A stretch of DNA of 64,000 nt from Mobula hypostoma (taxonomy: Eukaryota), in contig NW_026948269.1 of assembly GCF_963921235.1 (NCBI RefSeq), forward strand, positions 372,001 through 436,000, in the 5' to 3' direction. The position numbers were made by a program, and so were the translations under genes. The notes below the pieces were generated by a model. It was not told the DNA's origin, ran no database searches, and saw nothing but the letters and a program-made list of their open reading frames with translations. Of this stretch, positions 34,791-48,110 are shown piece by piece; within the stretch, counting starts at the first letter, position 1, and each line of letters begins with the position of its first letter.

Positions 34791-35912
34791 GACAGAAGAC
34801 TGACTCTCACAGCTATCTGGACTATTCCTCTTCTCACCCTGTCGCTTGCGAAAATGCCATCCCCTTCTCGCAATTCCCCCGTATCCGCCGCATCCGCTCT
34901 CAGGATGAGACTCTTCAGTCCAGGACGAGGGAGATGTCCTCCTTTTTTTAAGAAAGGGGCTTCCCTTCCTCCACTATCAACTCTGCTCTCAAACACATCT
35001 TCCCAATTCACGCACATCTTGTTTCACTCCATCCTTCCGCTACCCCACTAGGAATAGGGTTCCCCTTGTCCTCACCTACCACCCCACCCGCCTCTGGGTG
35101 AAAAAAAATTACACTTCCTCCCTTACCACCATTCAGGGCCCCAGACAGTCCTTCCAGGTGAGGCGACACTTCACCTGTGAGTCGGCTGGGGTGATATACT
35201 GCGTCCGGTGCTCCCGATGTGGCCTTCTATATATTGGCAAGACCCGACGCAGACTGGGAGACCGCTTTGCTGAACACCAACGCTCTGTCCTCCAGAGAAA
35301 GCAGGATCTCCCAGTGGCCACACATTTTAATTCCACATCCCATTCCCATTCTGACATGTCTATCCACGGCCTCCTCTATTGCAAAGATGAAGCCACAGTC
35401 AGGTTGGAGGAACAACACCTTATATTCCGTCTGGTAGCCTCCAACTTAATGGCATGAACATTCACTTCTCAAACTTCCGCTAATGCCCCACCTTCCCCTC
35501 GTACCCCATCCGTTATTTATTTATATAAACATATTCTTTTTCTCTCTCTCCTTTTCTCCCTCTGTCCCTCTCACTATACCCCTTGCCCATCCTCTGGGTT
35601 CCCACCCCCCACAATTTTCTTTCTCCCTGGTCCTCTTATCCCATGACGCTCTCATATCCCTTTTGCCAATCAACTGTCCAGCTCTTGGCTCCATCCCTCC
35701 CCCTCCTCTCTTCTCCTATCATTTTGGATCTCCCCCTCCCCTCCTACTTTCAAACCCCATACTAGCTCTTCTTTCAGTTAGTTCTGACGAACGGTCTCGG
35801 CCCGAAACGTCGACTGTACCTCTTCCTAGAGATGCTGCCTGGCCTGCTGCGTTCACCAGCAACTTTGATGTGTGTTGCTTGAATTTCCAGCATCTGCAGA
35901 ATTCCTCGTGTT
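34790..35912 (+). mobile_element. Penelope-like element 3' part with GIY-YIG and hammerhead-bearing terminal repeat
   Basis: VIYCVRCSRCGLLYIGKTRRRLGDRFAEH (35098-35457); CTGACGA at 35784-35790 and GAAACGTC at 35804-35811. Confidence 0.9.
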
Positions 35913-36479
35913 TGCTCTTCTTTGTTCCACTGTTAACAAACATCTGTAATTGCAATCATACAACATTTAATAAAGCCTGTCGACTCCAAGACAAAAAGAC
36001 GCAGAAAGTAATGCATCGTGGACGAGGTAATATTCAACACAATTAAAATATGACGTCTCCACAACTCCAAGCATCCAACGACTTCCGAGATTTCTCACCT
36101 CCAATTTCTAACCAAGGATAGGATTCGGATTAAATGACCCCTTTGTTGTATAGTATCGGGGTGAATGATCCCCATTACACCGCGGCAGCAACACATTTGT
36201 TCACTGTGCTGGGACCACTGACACACCCACCTCCAGCCCGGAACTACTGTCTTTACCGCCTTACTGAAGGAGTGAAGGTATATTCCTGTAGTGTGACACT
36301 CCCTTTATCATCTCACTCCTGCGCTTCCATCTTCTCATGCTGTAACCATCCATTTCACTCACTCTCCATGATTCAGTGTGTGCAAAGACGGAGGGATTGA
36401 ACAGCAGCAACGACTTTCTAGATTGGTCGGTGTTGTTGGACACTGAAGTTCTAACCCAGATTTACAGTCAGACAGCCAC

Positions 36480-37750
36480 AGGAAACCACTGCACAGAAAC
36501 AGGGTCTCCAGCCCGTCAGGTCCGTGAGGAATTATTTAATCTGCCTACTCTCATCGACTGCACCCGGACCGTGGCCATCCATCTCCCTCTCATCCATGTA
36601 CTTCTCCAATCATCTCTTAAACGTTGACATCAAAATCTCAATTACTGTTTGCGTTGGCAGCACTGTCTACACTCTGACGACCCTCTGGATGAAGAAGTTT
36701 CCCCTCATGTTTCCCTTAAACATTTCACATTTCACCCTTCACCCATGATCTCTGGTTGTATTCTCACCCAACATCAGTGGAGAAAGCCTGCTTGCATTTA
36801 CAGTCTCTATACGCCTCATAATGTTGTATACCTCAATCAAATCTCCCCTCAGTCTTCTACCCGCTCGGGAATAAAGTGCTGACCTATATAATCTATCCTT
36901 CTAATTCAAAACGCCCAGTCCCGGCAATAGCCGTGTAATTTTTTTTCTTCATTCTTTCAAACCTAAATACATCTGCCTTGCAGGTAATTGAAACAAAACC
37001 GTACACAATATGCCAAATTCGGCCTCAATAAGTGCTTAAAAGGAACAGCAACATAACATCTCAACCTCTGTACTCAATATTTTGGTCTACGAAGGCTAAT
37101 GTGCGAAAAAAAATAACGACCCTGTATAACTGTGCTGCAACTTTCGTTGAATTATTGATCTGCATTCCCAGATTCGTTTGTTCTTTCGTATTCCTCAGTG
37201 CCCTATTACTCATTGTGTCAGACCAATCCTGGCTGGTCCCCCAAATGCAACATCTAACAATTGTCTGTGTTAAATCTCATCCGCTATTTTTTCAGCCCAG
37301 ATTTCCAACTGGTCCAGATCCCGTTTCATGCTTCGGTATTCTTCCTCGCTGTCAACTACACCCGTAATGTTGTTGTCATCGGCAAATTTGCTGATCAATT
37401 GACGGCATTATTATCCAGATCGTTGATATAGATGACCAATAACAACGGACACATCAACGATCCCTGTGGCAGTCCACACGTCACGGGCCAACAGTCAGGC
37501 AGACAACGATCTATTACCACAGTCTAGACTCCCCAACACAGCCAATGGTTAATCCAGTTTACTACCTCATCGTGAAAGTCAAGCGACTGAACCTTCCCGA
37601 GCATCCTCCCATACAGAAACTTGCAAACTCCTTGATTTAGTCCCTGTAGACGGCATCCACTGCCCTTCCTTTCACACCATTCCTGGTAACTACTCGTAAA
37701 GCTCTGTAAGATTGGTTAGACATGACCAACTACGGTCTGGCCCAGACTGA
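36480..37750 (-). mobile_element. Decayed CR1 3' and RT fragment
   Basis: Resembles the other CR1 copies (minus-strand KFADDN motif at ~37375; 3' UTR block 'gaagaagtttcccctcatgtt'). Confidence 0.75.
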
Positions 37751-38139
37751 CTACCGTTAATGTTCCTGTTTGTCCATATACTTCCCTTCATACCCCATGA
37801 CCAGCGCAGTCTGAACACCGAGGGCAATTCCTCATTATGTAAATCTTGACGAGTTCCTTCCGAGCAAAGCTATCGATATCATCCTGTGGCCGTCACTGAC
37901 ATTCATGGCCGATTGTTGTTAAATTCTCCCGCACTTTATTATCAGGCGCATTGAGAGTAGCCTGGAAAAGGAGGGTGTCGTAGAATTAAACGACTGGGCT
38001 TTAATAGCAAGATACGGCACACCAGATACAGTGTAGAGCATAGAATATTACAGCACAGTACAACCCATCATCTCAAGCGGTTCTGTTAGCCTTTCAACTA
38101 TTTTAAATTCAATCTAACACAACCCTCTTGTATCTGAAT

Positions 38140-38380
38140 CGGAACCAGATTTAATATCACAGGCATTTGTCGTCAAATTTGTTAACTTTTCGGTAGCAGC
38201 TAAAATGAAATACATGATAAATTAATATAGAGAAAAAAACTGAGTTACAGGTGGTGGAGGGAAAGAAGCTGTTCCTGAATCGCTGAGCGAGAGCTTTCAG
38301 GTTTCTGTATCTCCCTCCCGATGGTAACACTGTGCAGAGGGCAGTCCTGGTGGTGAGCAACTTTAATGATGGACGCCACT
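38140..38380 (-). mobile_element. Rex-Babar 3' fragment
   Basis: LPSGGRYRNLKALAQRFRNSFFPS. Confidence 0.75.
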
Positions 38381-39419
38381 GTTACAAGGATCATCGCTTG
38401 TAATAATGATCAGTGAGGTGCAGAGAATCTGTATTTACCAACAAGTAAATTCTACTATTTCAACTATAAAACACGTAGGTTCACACACTATCTACCTGTA
38501 TGCTTTCTACTAGAACCCTTGACACTCCATGAACAGTCAATGATGAGAAAAGCTATTACCCGGGACAGGAATCCACGCTGGCCTCGTTATCCCAATGTCC
38601 ACGTCTCCGTGGGGTCCTCCCTAGTCGCGATGGTTGGTCTCTGGCTGCTGGAGAGTTATCGCCCCTGTCTATCTGGAGCTCCTAAGTCTTATACTGCCCC
38701 TCACAAATTGAACCACTGGATCTCTATCTTGACCTACCTGGGTCACCTTCTTCCTGGTCATTGTACAGGGAACAACCAACATTGTTTCATGGCTCTGCCC
38801 ACCCCAGCCTTGTGTATTTGGCTCTTTACATCCAGTTTAATGAGGCAGCCCAGACAGACCGAGGCAACCGAAATAGACTACAGATTGTTTGTTTGGTAGG
38901 TCTGGCACTTTACATAAAAAATAGCGACTCCTCTGTGAATGATCTCAGGTTTATTGTCCTGATTAGATTGTCCCAGAGTCAGGAGTCAGTTCAGAGTTCA
39001 CGCCCTTTACATAACAAATGGCTGCTTGTTTAAGAATGGTCTCAGGTTTAACAGATCATCACCTGAAGCTTCCTGTGTCCACATTCACCCAGTGTCTTTC
39101 TCAGGTCAGCTGTCGTCCAAATGCTCCAGGGTGTATGCTCTGATTAGATTATCCAAGAGTCCAATTCAGAGTCCACGAACTGGGGGGAAACAGAGAGAAC
39201 CGGTTTGTCTGCTTCCCTTGTCCTTGATCAGACAGTAGTTTCTTCTGGCCAACAGGGTGTTTTATGATCCCTGCCATCCGCCATGGACAGTGTCTTTCTC
39301 GGGTCAGCTGTCGTCTGAATGCTCCAAGGTGGATGGTGGAGGGTTTTACAGAGATGGCTAGTGCTGTCGGGATCGGAGAGGTTTACAGAAATGGGGATTG
39401 ATGTAGGGGTTGGAAGGGT

Positions 39420-41373
39420 TTTCTTTTTTCAATGTTAATTTTATTTGGATAAGGTATTTGCAAGTATTACACAAACCTTTTTACATATAAAACCTTTTCC
39501 ATTTTTTATATATTTATATATTCCCAAGTACACACTGAGATGATATAAAAATACTTAGGCACTTAAACACATATTTATGTGCAGTTGTAATTCCACTCTA
39601 TTAAACTAAATAATAATAATAGTTGTTAAGAAAAATAGTAATAATAGTGGTTGAATAATAATCTCCGTATATCTCGTCTGGTCCATTTCTTTCTGGTCCA
39701 AAATATCGTGTGTAACCCTATGTAGCTTCCTTCGTAGGTGTTTATGTTTGTTCCTACCCACAAACATACCTATCCAATCTCTGTGTACTTATTTACTTCA
39801 TTTTATCATATTTTTTCTCAAATCTTTTTCTTTGTTTGTGTTAATTCCTCGTTTTCCAGAAATAGAATAGTGAACATTCGAACCAAGGGAGCTTACGTTA
39901 ACACGATTACCATGTTGATAAGGAAAGCAGTATAAACCATTCGGAGAGTCATTTAAAATTCTGCTTGCTTTGGGGTAATAAATTCAATCCATTTATTCCA
40001 AATTTGAGATTTATTTTATTTTTGAATTCTCAGAGAGTAAGATATCTTTTCCATTTTAAATATTTCCAAAATAATTTCATCCCAATCTTCTAAAGTAAGT
40101 GATGTTGGATTTAGCCACTTTTTGGTGATTGATTTCTTACTTGCCGCGAAAAGGGCCTGCAGTAGCTTTATACCTTCCTTCTGTTCCAAAAACAATACAT
40201 GTCCCAAACAGACAGTCTCAAAGTTCAGGGGTATCTGGGTCTTAAATACCTTAACTAATGTTCTGTGTATACCTTTCCAATATAAAGTTAATTTAGGGCA
40301 ATCCCAAAAAGTATGGAAATGATTTGCCTCCTTGGAGCCACATCTTCTCCAACACGCCACGTTTGTGTCTTTATATTTTTCTTGATATGGGGTCTTGAAG
40401 AATCTTATAATATTTTTCCAACGATATTCTCTCCAAATCAAAGAGTTAGTCAAAGACCACTGGGAAAGCTACATATTTTCCCCAAGCCTCCTCTGAAAGT
40501 TCCAACCCCGCTTCTTTCTCCCACTTCTCTTTAATATGAAATGTCTTTTCATTTTTGGTATGAGAGAGGGAATTGTGTAATCCAGAAAATGATTTACTTG
40601 GTATTGAGCTGTAAGCTGAATTCAGAATCTTGAAAAATTCTAATTCTGCTGTTGGTAAGTCTATATATCTACAATTCTGGTTAAAATAGTGTCGTACTTG
40701 AAGGTACCTAAGAAGTCATCATGTTCTCGGCCATGTTTGTCCTGCAGGGATTGAAAACTTTGTAATACTTTTATGTGTGAATGAGAGGTAGGTTGTAAGA
40801 TATTTCTTTATCCATAGTTCAAATCTTTTATCTCCTCTGCTGGGAAGGAATTCGGTATCATAAACACACCATCTGAAAAAATTTAACATGTTATTGATTC
40901 CACATGAATTCGCCACCTTCTGCCATACATTTAGTGTGACATTTATCCAGCTATTTTTAAATCTTTTCTAATTGGGCCATCAATCCTTTGTCAGCAATTG
41001 AGGCTTGTAGAGGAAAACTGTCGATCATTCCAAATTCTATTTCCTTCCACCAAGCCTTGTATTCCTTGTTACACCAACATAACAGAGGGGTTCTCTGTGA
41101 AGCATAAAAATAATTTCTCAAGCAAGGAAGTGCAATACATCCTCCTTCCTTTCCTAACTGTAAGGTGTTAAATCGGGTTCTAGGTTTCTTTCCTTGCCAA
41201 ATAAAACAGAAAATCCATTTGTCCCATTCCCTGAATTGATTATCGTCTACCTCCACAGGTAAAGTCCGGAAAAGGTAAAGTAACCGAGGGAGAATAGTCA
41301 TTTTTATGGCATTTATCCTTGAATTTAAACTATAGAAGGGGATAAGATTCCATCTATGTGGAAAGGTTTTCAC
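39420..41373 (-). mobile_element. L1/Tx1-clade LINE, 3' part of ORF2 and 3' UTR
   Basis: RINAIKMTILPRLLYLF, FIWQGKKPR, CWRRCGSKEANHFHTFWDCPKL (C-terminal Cys domain); AATAAA and A-rich tail at ~39421-39447. Confidence 0.88.
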
Positions 41374-41499
41374 AGATGGCGCAGGGTATTTGGAAGCTTC
41401 TCGACGACTGTGGAAATGTTCTTTACTTGTAGTACCAAAATGGCATTGTTGTCTGTAACAAAATAAAACCGGTATTGTATCAGAGTGTTTTGCTAATAA

Positions 41500-42600
41500 T
41501 GTTCATGCAACATTATGCTGAGTGAACCTGAGAACCTGACTGTAGACTGCAGTCCCTACACTGTATTTCACCTGCCACTTCATTGTCTGTTCTCCAAACC
41601 TGTCCGAGTCCTTCATTAGACACCCGCTTAACTCTAAGCTACCTGCCCGGCTCCTATCTTTGTATTAACTGCAAAGTTGGTCACCAAGTCATCAATTCTG
41701 TCATCCCGATCGTTGATATCTAACACGAAAAGAAACGGACTCAATACTGACCCCAGCAGAACGCCATTATTTACTGGCAGCAAACAGAATAGGCTCACAT
41801 TGTTCTGACTCTTTGCCTCCTGCCAGTAAACCAACCTTCGATTGATGGTCGTATCTTTCCTGTAATACCATGAGCTGAGATCTTGTTAAGCATGCTCATG
41901 TGAGCAATAATTTCTTAAAGACCATCTGAAAATCCAAACAAACAACATTCACTGCCTCTCCTTTGTCTATTCTCTCATCAAAGAATTCCAACAGATTTTC
42001 GAGACAAGATTTTCCCTCCAGGAAACCATGATGCCTTTGGCCTACTTTATCGTGTGACAAGTACCCCGAAAAATCATCCTTAATAGACTCCAACCACTGA
42101 GGTCAGAAACTGTCATATAATTTCCTTTCTTCTGCTTTCCTCCCTGCTTAAAGAATGGAGTGACATTTGCAACTTGCTAGCCCGCCAGAACCATTCCCAA
42201 GTCTGGTGATTCTTGAAAGGTCATGACCCATTCTTTCAGATAGACACGAGGGGGAACGTCTTCCCTCAGAGGTGGTGAGAATATGGAATGGGCTGCCAGA
42301 GCAAGTGGCAGGGGCGATTTCAACATTTAAGCGAAGTTTGGACGGATGCATGGATGGTTGGGAATGGAGGTTGCTGGAACCAGGCAGATGAATAATTTGG
42401 CACAGACTAGATTGTAGTGTTCTATGATTTTAATGCCTTCACAATCTCTTCAGCTGACATTTCTGAACCCTGGGGTGTACACTATCTGGTCCAGGAGTAT
42501 TCCCTATCCACAGGCCTTTCAGTTTCCAAAGCAAATTTTCCCCTTAGTAATAGTATCTATACCCACTTCTACCCCCGATGCTCTTGAAATAGTGACATTT
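41500..42600 (-). mobile_element. CR1 RT fragments
   Basis: HGFLEGKSCLENLLEFF, GSVLSPFLFVLDIND. Confidence 0.75.
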
Positions 42601-42644
42601 TTTGGGGAAAAGAAGATGAGAAATGAGAGAAAGAAATGTAAGGG

Positions 42645-43731
42645 TGACATAAGGAGGGGTGGCAGGGAACGGACCCAAGTGCAAGTCACAGACACTGAAG
42701 TACTAGGGACAGGACTAGGATACAGGGCGATGGCAAGGACACGGACAGGAAGACCAGGAACCTGGTATAGGACTTGACAAGAGAGCTAGGAGCCCGGGCT
42801 TGGTCTCCGAGCCAGAGACTGGACAAGGACCCAGTACCTGGGTCTTGCCTCTGGCTCGGACCCCAGAACCCGGCAAGGATGAGGCTTGGCAGGCAGGCAG
42901 GACGAGGCTGGAGTCTTCAGGCTTGAGGCTGGAGGCGATAGTTGGCAGGAGGCAGGAGGCTGGAGTCTTCAGACGAGGCTAAAGCCGAGGCTTGGCAGGA
43001 GATTGGAGTCTTCAGGAGAGGCGAGGCTGGAGGCTGGAGGCGAGGCTGGAGGCAGGAGATTTGAGGTGAGGCGAGGCTGGAGGCAGGAGATGAGGCAAGG
43101 CGAGGCTGGAGGCAGGAGACTTGAGGCAAGGTGAGGCTGGAGTCTTCAGGCTTGAGGGTAGGTAGGTTCCTTCGGGGCAGGGCGCGGATCACCACCCGAC
43201 GGAGGTATGGGACAGGAAGGGACAGAACCAACCGCAAGTAACGTGGAGATGGCCTGGCTTACCCGACGGAGGCAAGGGACAGGAAGGGACAGAACCAACC
43301 GCAGGTAACAGGGAGATGGCCTGGCTTACCCGACGGAGGCAAGGGACAGGAAGCGACAGAACCAACCACATATAACGGCGAGACGGCCTGGCTTACCAGA
43401 CGGAGGCAAGGGACAGGAAGGGAGCTAGGTACAGGCCGGCTCCAGGACAAGACTGCAGGGGAGACGAGGCGAGAGTTACCGGCAAGACAAGGCAGGGCTT
43501 TTGACGAGGAAACAGAAGGCAGAGCAAGGGATACAAGGAGTAAGGACAAGAACAATCCAGCAGCCACTCCTGGGTCTCTGAAGATATTCACGCAGCCAGC
43601 CCCAATGAGCATCAGCTGCCTCAATTAGAGCTCAACAAGAACAGAAACAGGGTAGACAGGAAAACCTGGAGCAAGGGCCGGTGGACCGGACCGTGAACTG
43701 GAATACGGACTTCACGGACACGACCATGACA
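42645..43731 (-). mobile_element. Solo Gypsy LTR (1087 bp) with 5-bp TSD AAGGG
   Basis: TG...CA termini (TGACATA / CATGACA); AAGGG at 42640-42644 and 43732-43736; internal 67-bp tandem repeat (43194-43420) and GAGGCTG-rich repeats. Confidence 0.85.
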
Positions 43732-43859
43732 AAGGGCAGGGCGGGTGGGGAGGTGTGGAATGAAGTAAAATATCTCCTAAGAATATATTTTCCTCAACGA
43801 AACGTATACTTTCAGAAAAAAATATCTTGGTCCCATTCCGAAATGGAACTTTACGAAGA

Positions 43860-44665
43860 AAAATAAGAACTGAAATGACAAATTTAGAAAACAGTATATA
43901 CACTGAAACAGAGTTAGATCAACACTACCTAGGACAGAAAGAGGACGAGGAATTATAGACATTAAAAACTTACACAACAGTCAGATAAAGCTCCTAAATA
44001 TATACTTTCTTCAAAAATAAGCAGGATTCATCACTCCATGCAAGCATATGCAATTGTGATATGAAGTACACACCAGAAAACTTAAATGAGCAGCCAACTC
44101 AGAAAAATGAATCATCAGTATTGAAGCAAATGTTAACCAGTGGAATGATCATGGCCCTCCATGGAAGACACCCCAATGATCTGAGCAGACTAGATGTTCA
44201 TCAAGGAAGCATCAAACGCCCGACTCAAAGTGGGAGATGTCTTCGCAGAAACAGAGGTTCCTTGCAGGAATACAGGACAGGGTGGTGAACATAAAAAATA
44301 ACAAAAATGCATAAAAGACTAACAAACAAGGTGATTAATGCAGAAAATGCCAAGAGAAACCATACACTATCCGAAACTTTCTGGGATCCTGCAGCAGTTT
44401 AACTCAATCTGATCATTTACAAAGGTACAATCAAGTGGCAAATATCATTCACCAAACTCTTGCTTTAAGCTCATCAAAGACAACCATAACTTCATAAAGG
44501 CACCATAAATTAAAGCCTGATCCAGTTTTAGAGCCAAAATGTTACAAATTATACATAATCAATAGATTATTGCAGATAGGACAATCCTCAAAACCATCGG
44601 AATATTACAGGATAAACAAGCAGGAACAACTCCCTCAGTTGATAAAACTATTTCCAACACACACA
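43860..44665 (+). mobile_element. R4/Dong-like (restriction-like endonuclease) non-LTR retrotransposon fragment
   Basis: Decayed LPRTERGRGIIDIK, ALHGRHP, IQDRVVN, CRKC, YNQVANIIHQ, DRTI motifs in colinear order. Confidence 0.65.
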
Positions 44666-45621
44666 TGTCCCTCGACCAGTGGAGCACCTCACAACAGGCA
44701 TTGTTTGTGTCATCAGTCAAACAACGGGATTATTTTCTGTCAATCATCTTCCAAATGTTGCTACTCTGTCATTCATTGCCATGCCCCGCTGCTGATTCCC
44801 TTCTCCTCATCATACGTTCTTACCCTGACTATCGTCCAGATCCCCAAACTCTGCCTGTGCAGACCCGCCTCTGGTTTCCGACCCTGCTTCGTTAAACATC
44901 CAACTAATGGTTTTCCATTCTGTTTTCAGTCTTTAGAGGACAGTACTGTTTTCTAACAACCCTTTAGAAGCAGGGAAAATGACCCATAACGTGGAAATGA
45001 GTAGAGATTAAGGAAGTTAACTACCAATGTCATTCTTCCTCAGCCCAGAGATTTGAGGGACGAAGAACATGTCAGACAGAACCGCAATCAGCTCGACTTC
45101 TTCAGTCTGCAGGAAATTTACGGAAACCTCTTCACCCACGGAGTGGTGACTGTTTGGAACCCATCACCACAGGGAGAGCGAGAGATGAACAACAGGGAGA
45201 GAGAGATGTGAACAACAGGGAGAGAGAGAGAGATGAACAACAGGGGAGGATTGAAAAGGACCATCGTGGAACAGAACCACTGGCAAGGTCCAGCCGGCCT
45301 GAGTTGACTCTCTACTGTACACTAGGTGTATTATAAATTCACTAAGTACTGGAGACAGAGTTTAAAATAAACAGATTTATTTGTCTCAGATCCAGAATAT
45401 TAAACTCCCGTCCAATTAAAGGTGAATATGTAGCTGATGAAACTCCTCTCATGCCCAGTGACCAGGGTGCAGAACTGGGTGTGGTGAGCAGCAGCAATAA
45501 TTGCAGAGTTCAGCACCGACAGTCACTCTCGAAATTGCATCAGCAACGGTGATGGACAAATATCCAGCTTGCAGCTCATGGAAACTTTCTCCCCAGTGTG
45601 AACCCGGTAGTGTGTCATAAG

Positions 45622-46082
45622 TGTAACACGCTGTAAGGTTCACTGCTAAAGTAACGGCCTCTGTGCAGTGTTTCACTGCTGAGGTAATGATTTCTCTGTA
45701 GCAGCAATGTTTAGGTAACGACAAGAGATAACAGGGTTTTGGAGTGCGGGGCTATCCAATGACAGAAATGTTCTTCCTTGTGAGTCTGGAAGAGAGATTT
45801 TCATAGTCTTTTGCTGGGGAGAACTGAGAAGACATGAGTAGAGAGAGTGGGCCCTTTTTCTTTCTTTTTTTCTTTTTGTTTACTTCACTAACCACATAGT
45901 CAAAGTAAGGATTATAAAGCTCAATTGTTTAATCGCATATTGTCTACTGTTTGTTATTTCGGGTACTGATTTTTAACAGGGGACACATCATGCAGCATCC
46001 ACCCAAAAGGGATTTCTTAAGTTTGGCGGGCTGGGGGGCTATCACACCCTGTATTAAGTTGCTAGCCGAAGCGAGAGTTATA
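45622..46082 (+). mobile_element. Solo LTR (~460 bp) inserted in degenerate zinc-finger sequence 3' of the ZNF ORF
   Basis: TGTAACACGC ... GCGAGAGTTATA termini; imperfect TSD TAAG/TAGG; finger-coding sequence resumes on both sides. Confidence 0.65.
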
Positions 46083-46236
46083 TAGGGTTCGATGACTGAG
46101 TGAATCGCTTCCCACATTCAGAGCATATAAACAGTCACTCCCCAGTGTGAACCTGGTAGTGTGTCACAAGGATAGATAACTGAATGAATCCTTCACCACA
46201 TTCATAGCAGATGAACAACCTCTCCCCAGTGTGAAC

Positions 46237-47427
46237 TCAATGACGCACATTTGATTGATTTGGCTGAGAGAATCTCCTTCCAAAGTCTGAGCAGGTGATC
46301 GGCCTCTCTCCTGTGTGAACTCGCTGATGTCCCTTAAGTTGAGATGACGAAGTGGATCCTTTTCCACACTCTGAGCAGGTGAATGGCCTCTTCCCAGTGT
46401 GAACTGACAGGTGTCTCCGTAGTAGAGATGAAAAAGTGAATCCCTTCCCACAGACTGTGCAGGTTAATGGCCACTCCCTGGTATGAACTGACTGGTGTCT
46501 CAGTAGTTGAGATGACAAACTGAATCCCTTCCCACAGTCTGAGCAAGTGAATAGCCTCTCCCCAGTGTGAACTCGCCGATGTACCTTAAGTTGTGATGAC
46601 GTAGTGAATCTTTTCCCACAGTCTGAGCAGGTGAATGGCCTCTCCCCTGTGTGAACTGACTGGTGTCTCAGTAGTTGAGATGAAAAAGTGAATCCCTTCC
46701 CACAGTCTGAGCAGGTGAATGGCCACTCCCCAGTATGAACTGACTGGTGTCTCAGTAGTTGAGATGACAAACTGAATCCCTTCCCACAGAGTGAGCAGGT
46801 GAATGGCCTCTCCCCAGTGTGAACTCGCTGATGTACCTTAAGTTGAGATGACGAAGTGAATGTTTTCCCACAGTCTGAGCACGTGAACGGCCTCTCCCCT
46901 GTGTGAACTCGCTGATGTATTTTCAGATCGGATGACTGAGTGAATCCCTTCCCACAGTCTGAGCAGGTGAACGGCCTCTCCCCAGTGTGAACTGACTGGT
47001 GTCTCCGTAGTTGAGATGACAAAGGGAATCTTTTCCCACAGACTGAACATGTTAATGGCCTCTCCCCGGTATGAACTGACTGGTGTCTCAGCAGCTGATA
47101 TGACTGAATGAATCCCTTCCCACATTCTGAGCAAGTGAATGGCCTCTCCCCTGTGTGAACTGACTGGTGTCTCAGTAGTTCAGATGAGCAAGTGAATCCC
47201 TTACCACAGTCTGAGCAGGTGAACGGCCTCTCTCCAGTGTGAACTCTCTGATGTACCTTCAGGTTAGATGAGCAAGTGAATCCCTTCCCACAGACTGAGC
47301 AGGTAAATGGCCTCTCTCCAGTGTGAACTCGCTGATGTACCTTCAGTTTAGATGAGCAAGTGAATCCCTTCCCACAGTCCGAGCAGGTGAATGGCCTCTC
47401 TCCGGTGTGAACCGGCTGGTGAGGCAT
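46237..47427 (-). CDS. Tandem C2H2 zinc-finger protein, 396 aa, 13 complete fingers plus one degenerate
   Basis: Repeated CxxC-x12-HxxxH with TGERPF linkers. Probable acceptor tttcAG at ~47829; degenerate fingers upstream (47430-47720) and downstream (45560-46236); no KRAB/SCAN/BTB seen. Confidence 0.93.
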   Translation of the reverse strand: MPHQPVHTGERPFTCSDCGKGFTCSSKLKVHQRVHTGERPFTCSVCGKGFTCSSNLKVHQRVHTGERPFTCSDCGKGFTCSSELLRHQSVHTGERPFTCSECGKGFIQSYQLLRHQSVHTGERPLTCSVCGKRFPLSSQLRRHQSVHTGERPFTCSDCGKGFTQSSDLKIHQRVHTGERPFTCSDCGKTFTSSSQLKVHQRVHTGERPFTCSLCGKGFSLSSQLLRHQSVHTGEWPFTCSDCGKGFTFSSQLLRHQSVHTGERPFTCSDCGKRFTTSSQLKVHRRVHTGERLFTCSDCGKGFSLSSQLLRHQSVHTREWPLTCTVCGKGFTFSSLLRRHLSVHTGKRPFTCSECGKGSTSSSQLKGHQRVHTGERPITCSDFGRRFSQPNQSNVRH

Positions 47428-48110
47428 TAGGTCAGTTGACCGAGTGAATCCTTCCCCACAAATTCAGCAGATGACCAGCCTCTGCCCAGTGAGAACTGAC
47501 TGGTGTGTCCACAGGTGGGGAGACCAACTGAATCCCTTCTCACCCACAGAACAGGTGAATGACCTTTTCCCAGTGTGAACTTGCTAATGTACCTTCATGA
47601 GATGACATTGAACCCCCACAGTCTGAAAAGGTGAACGGCCTCTCCCCTGTGTAAACTGACAGGCATGCCAGTCGGTCAGATGATCAAGTGAATCCCTCCT
47701 CACAGTCTGAGCAGGAAGGATGATCGAGTGAATCCCTTGCTCCACTTCTTATACACATGGACAGAGACAGCAAAACTAGCGTGCTGTGCTCGAGATTCCC
47801 GCAGATAAATTCCTTGTCATTTTTAACCTGAAATGAAAGAGTTATAAAATCCATCAATGCGTGAAGGACAACATTTCAGATGAGATCACTTGATTTGCCA
47901 AGGTGTGATCTGCTATCACACTGTTACAGTGAGGTTCAACACAAGTTGGAGAGAGAAATTATTTTCTAAATGGGCACAGTACTAGCATCTGGAATGACCA
48001 TCAAACTCTCTGATGCTCTTCCTGTCTCTATGAGAATGGGGCATTTCTGCCATCTCCAATCTGTGACCTGGCTCAGTTTGATACTCTCCATTGGTATTAT
48101 TCCCTGTTCC

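Noticed and set aside
43194-43420. Regularly spaced repeats as a possible CRISPR-like array (also 12534-12730 and 60728-60970)
   Set aside because: Eukaryotic context; units are contiguous tandem copies with no unique spacers and no cas genes.
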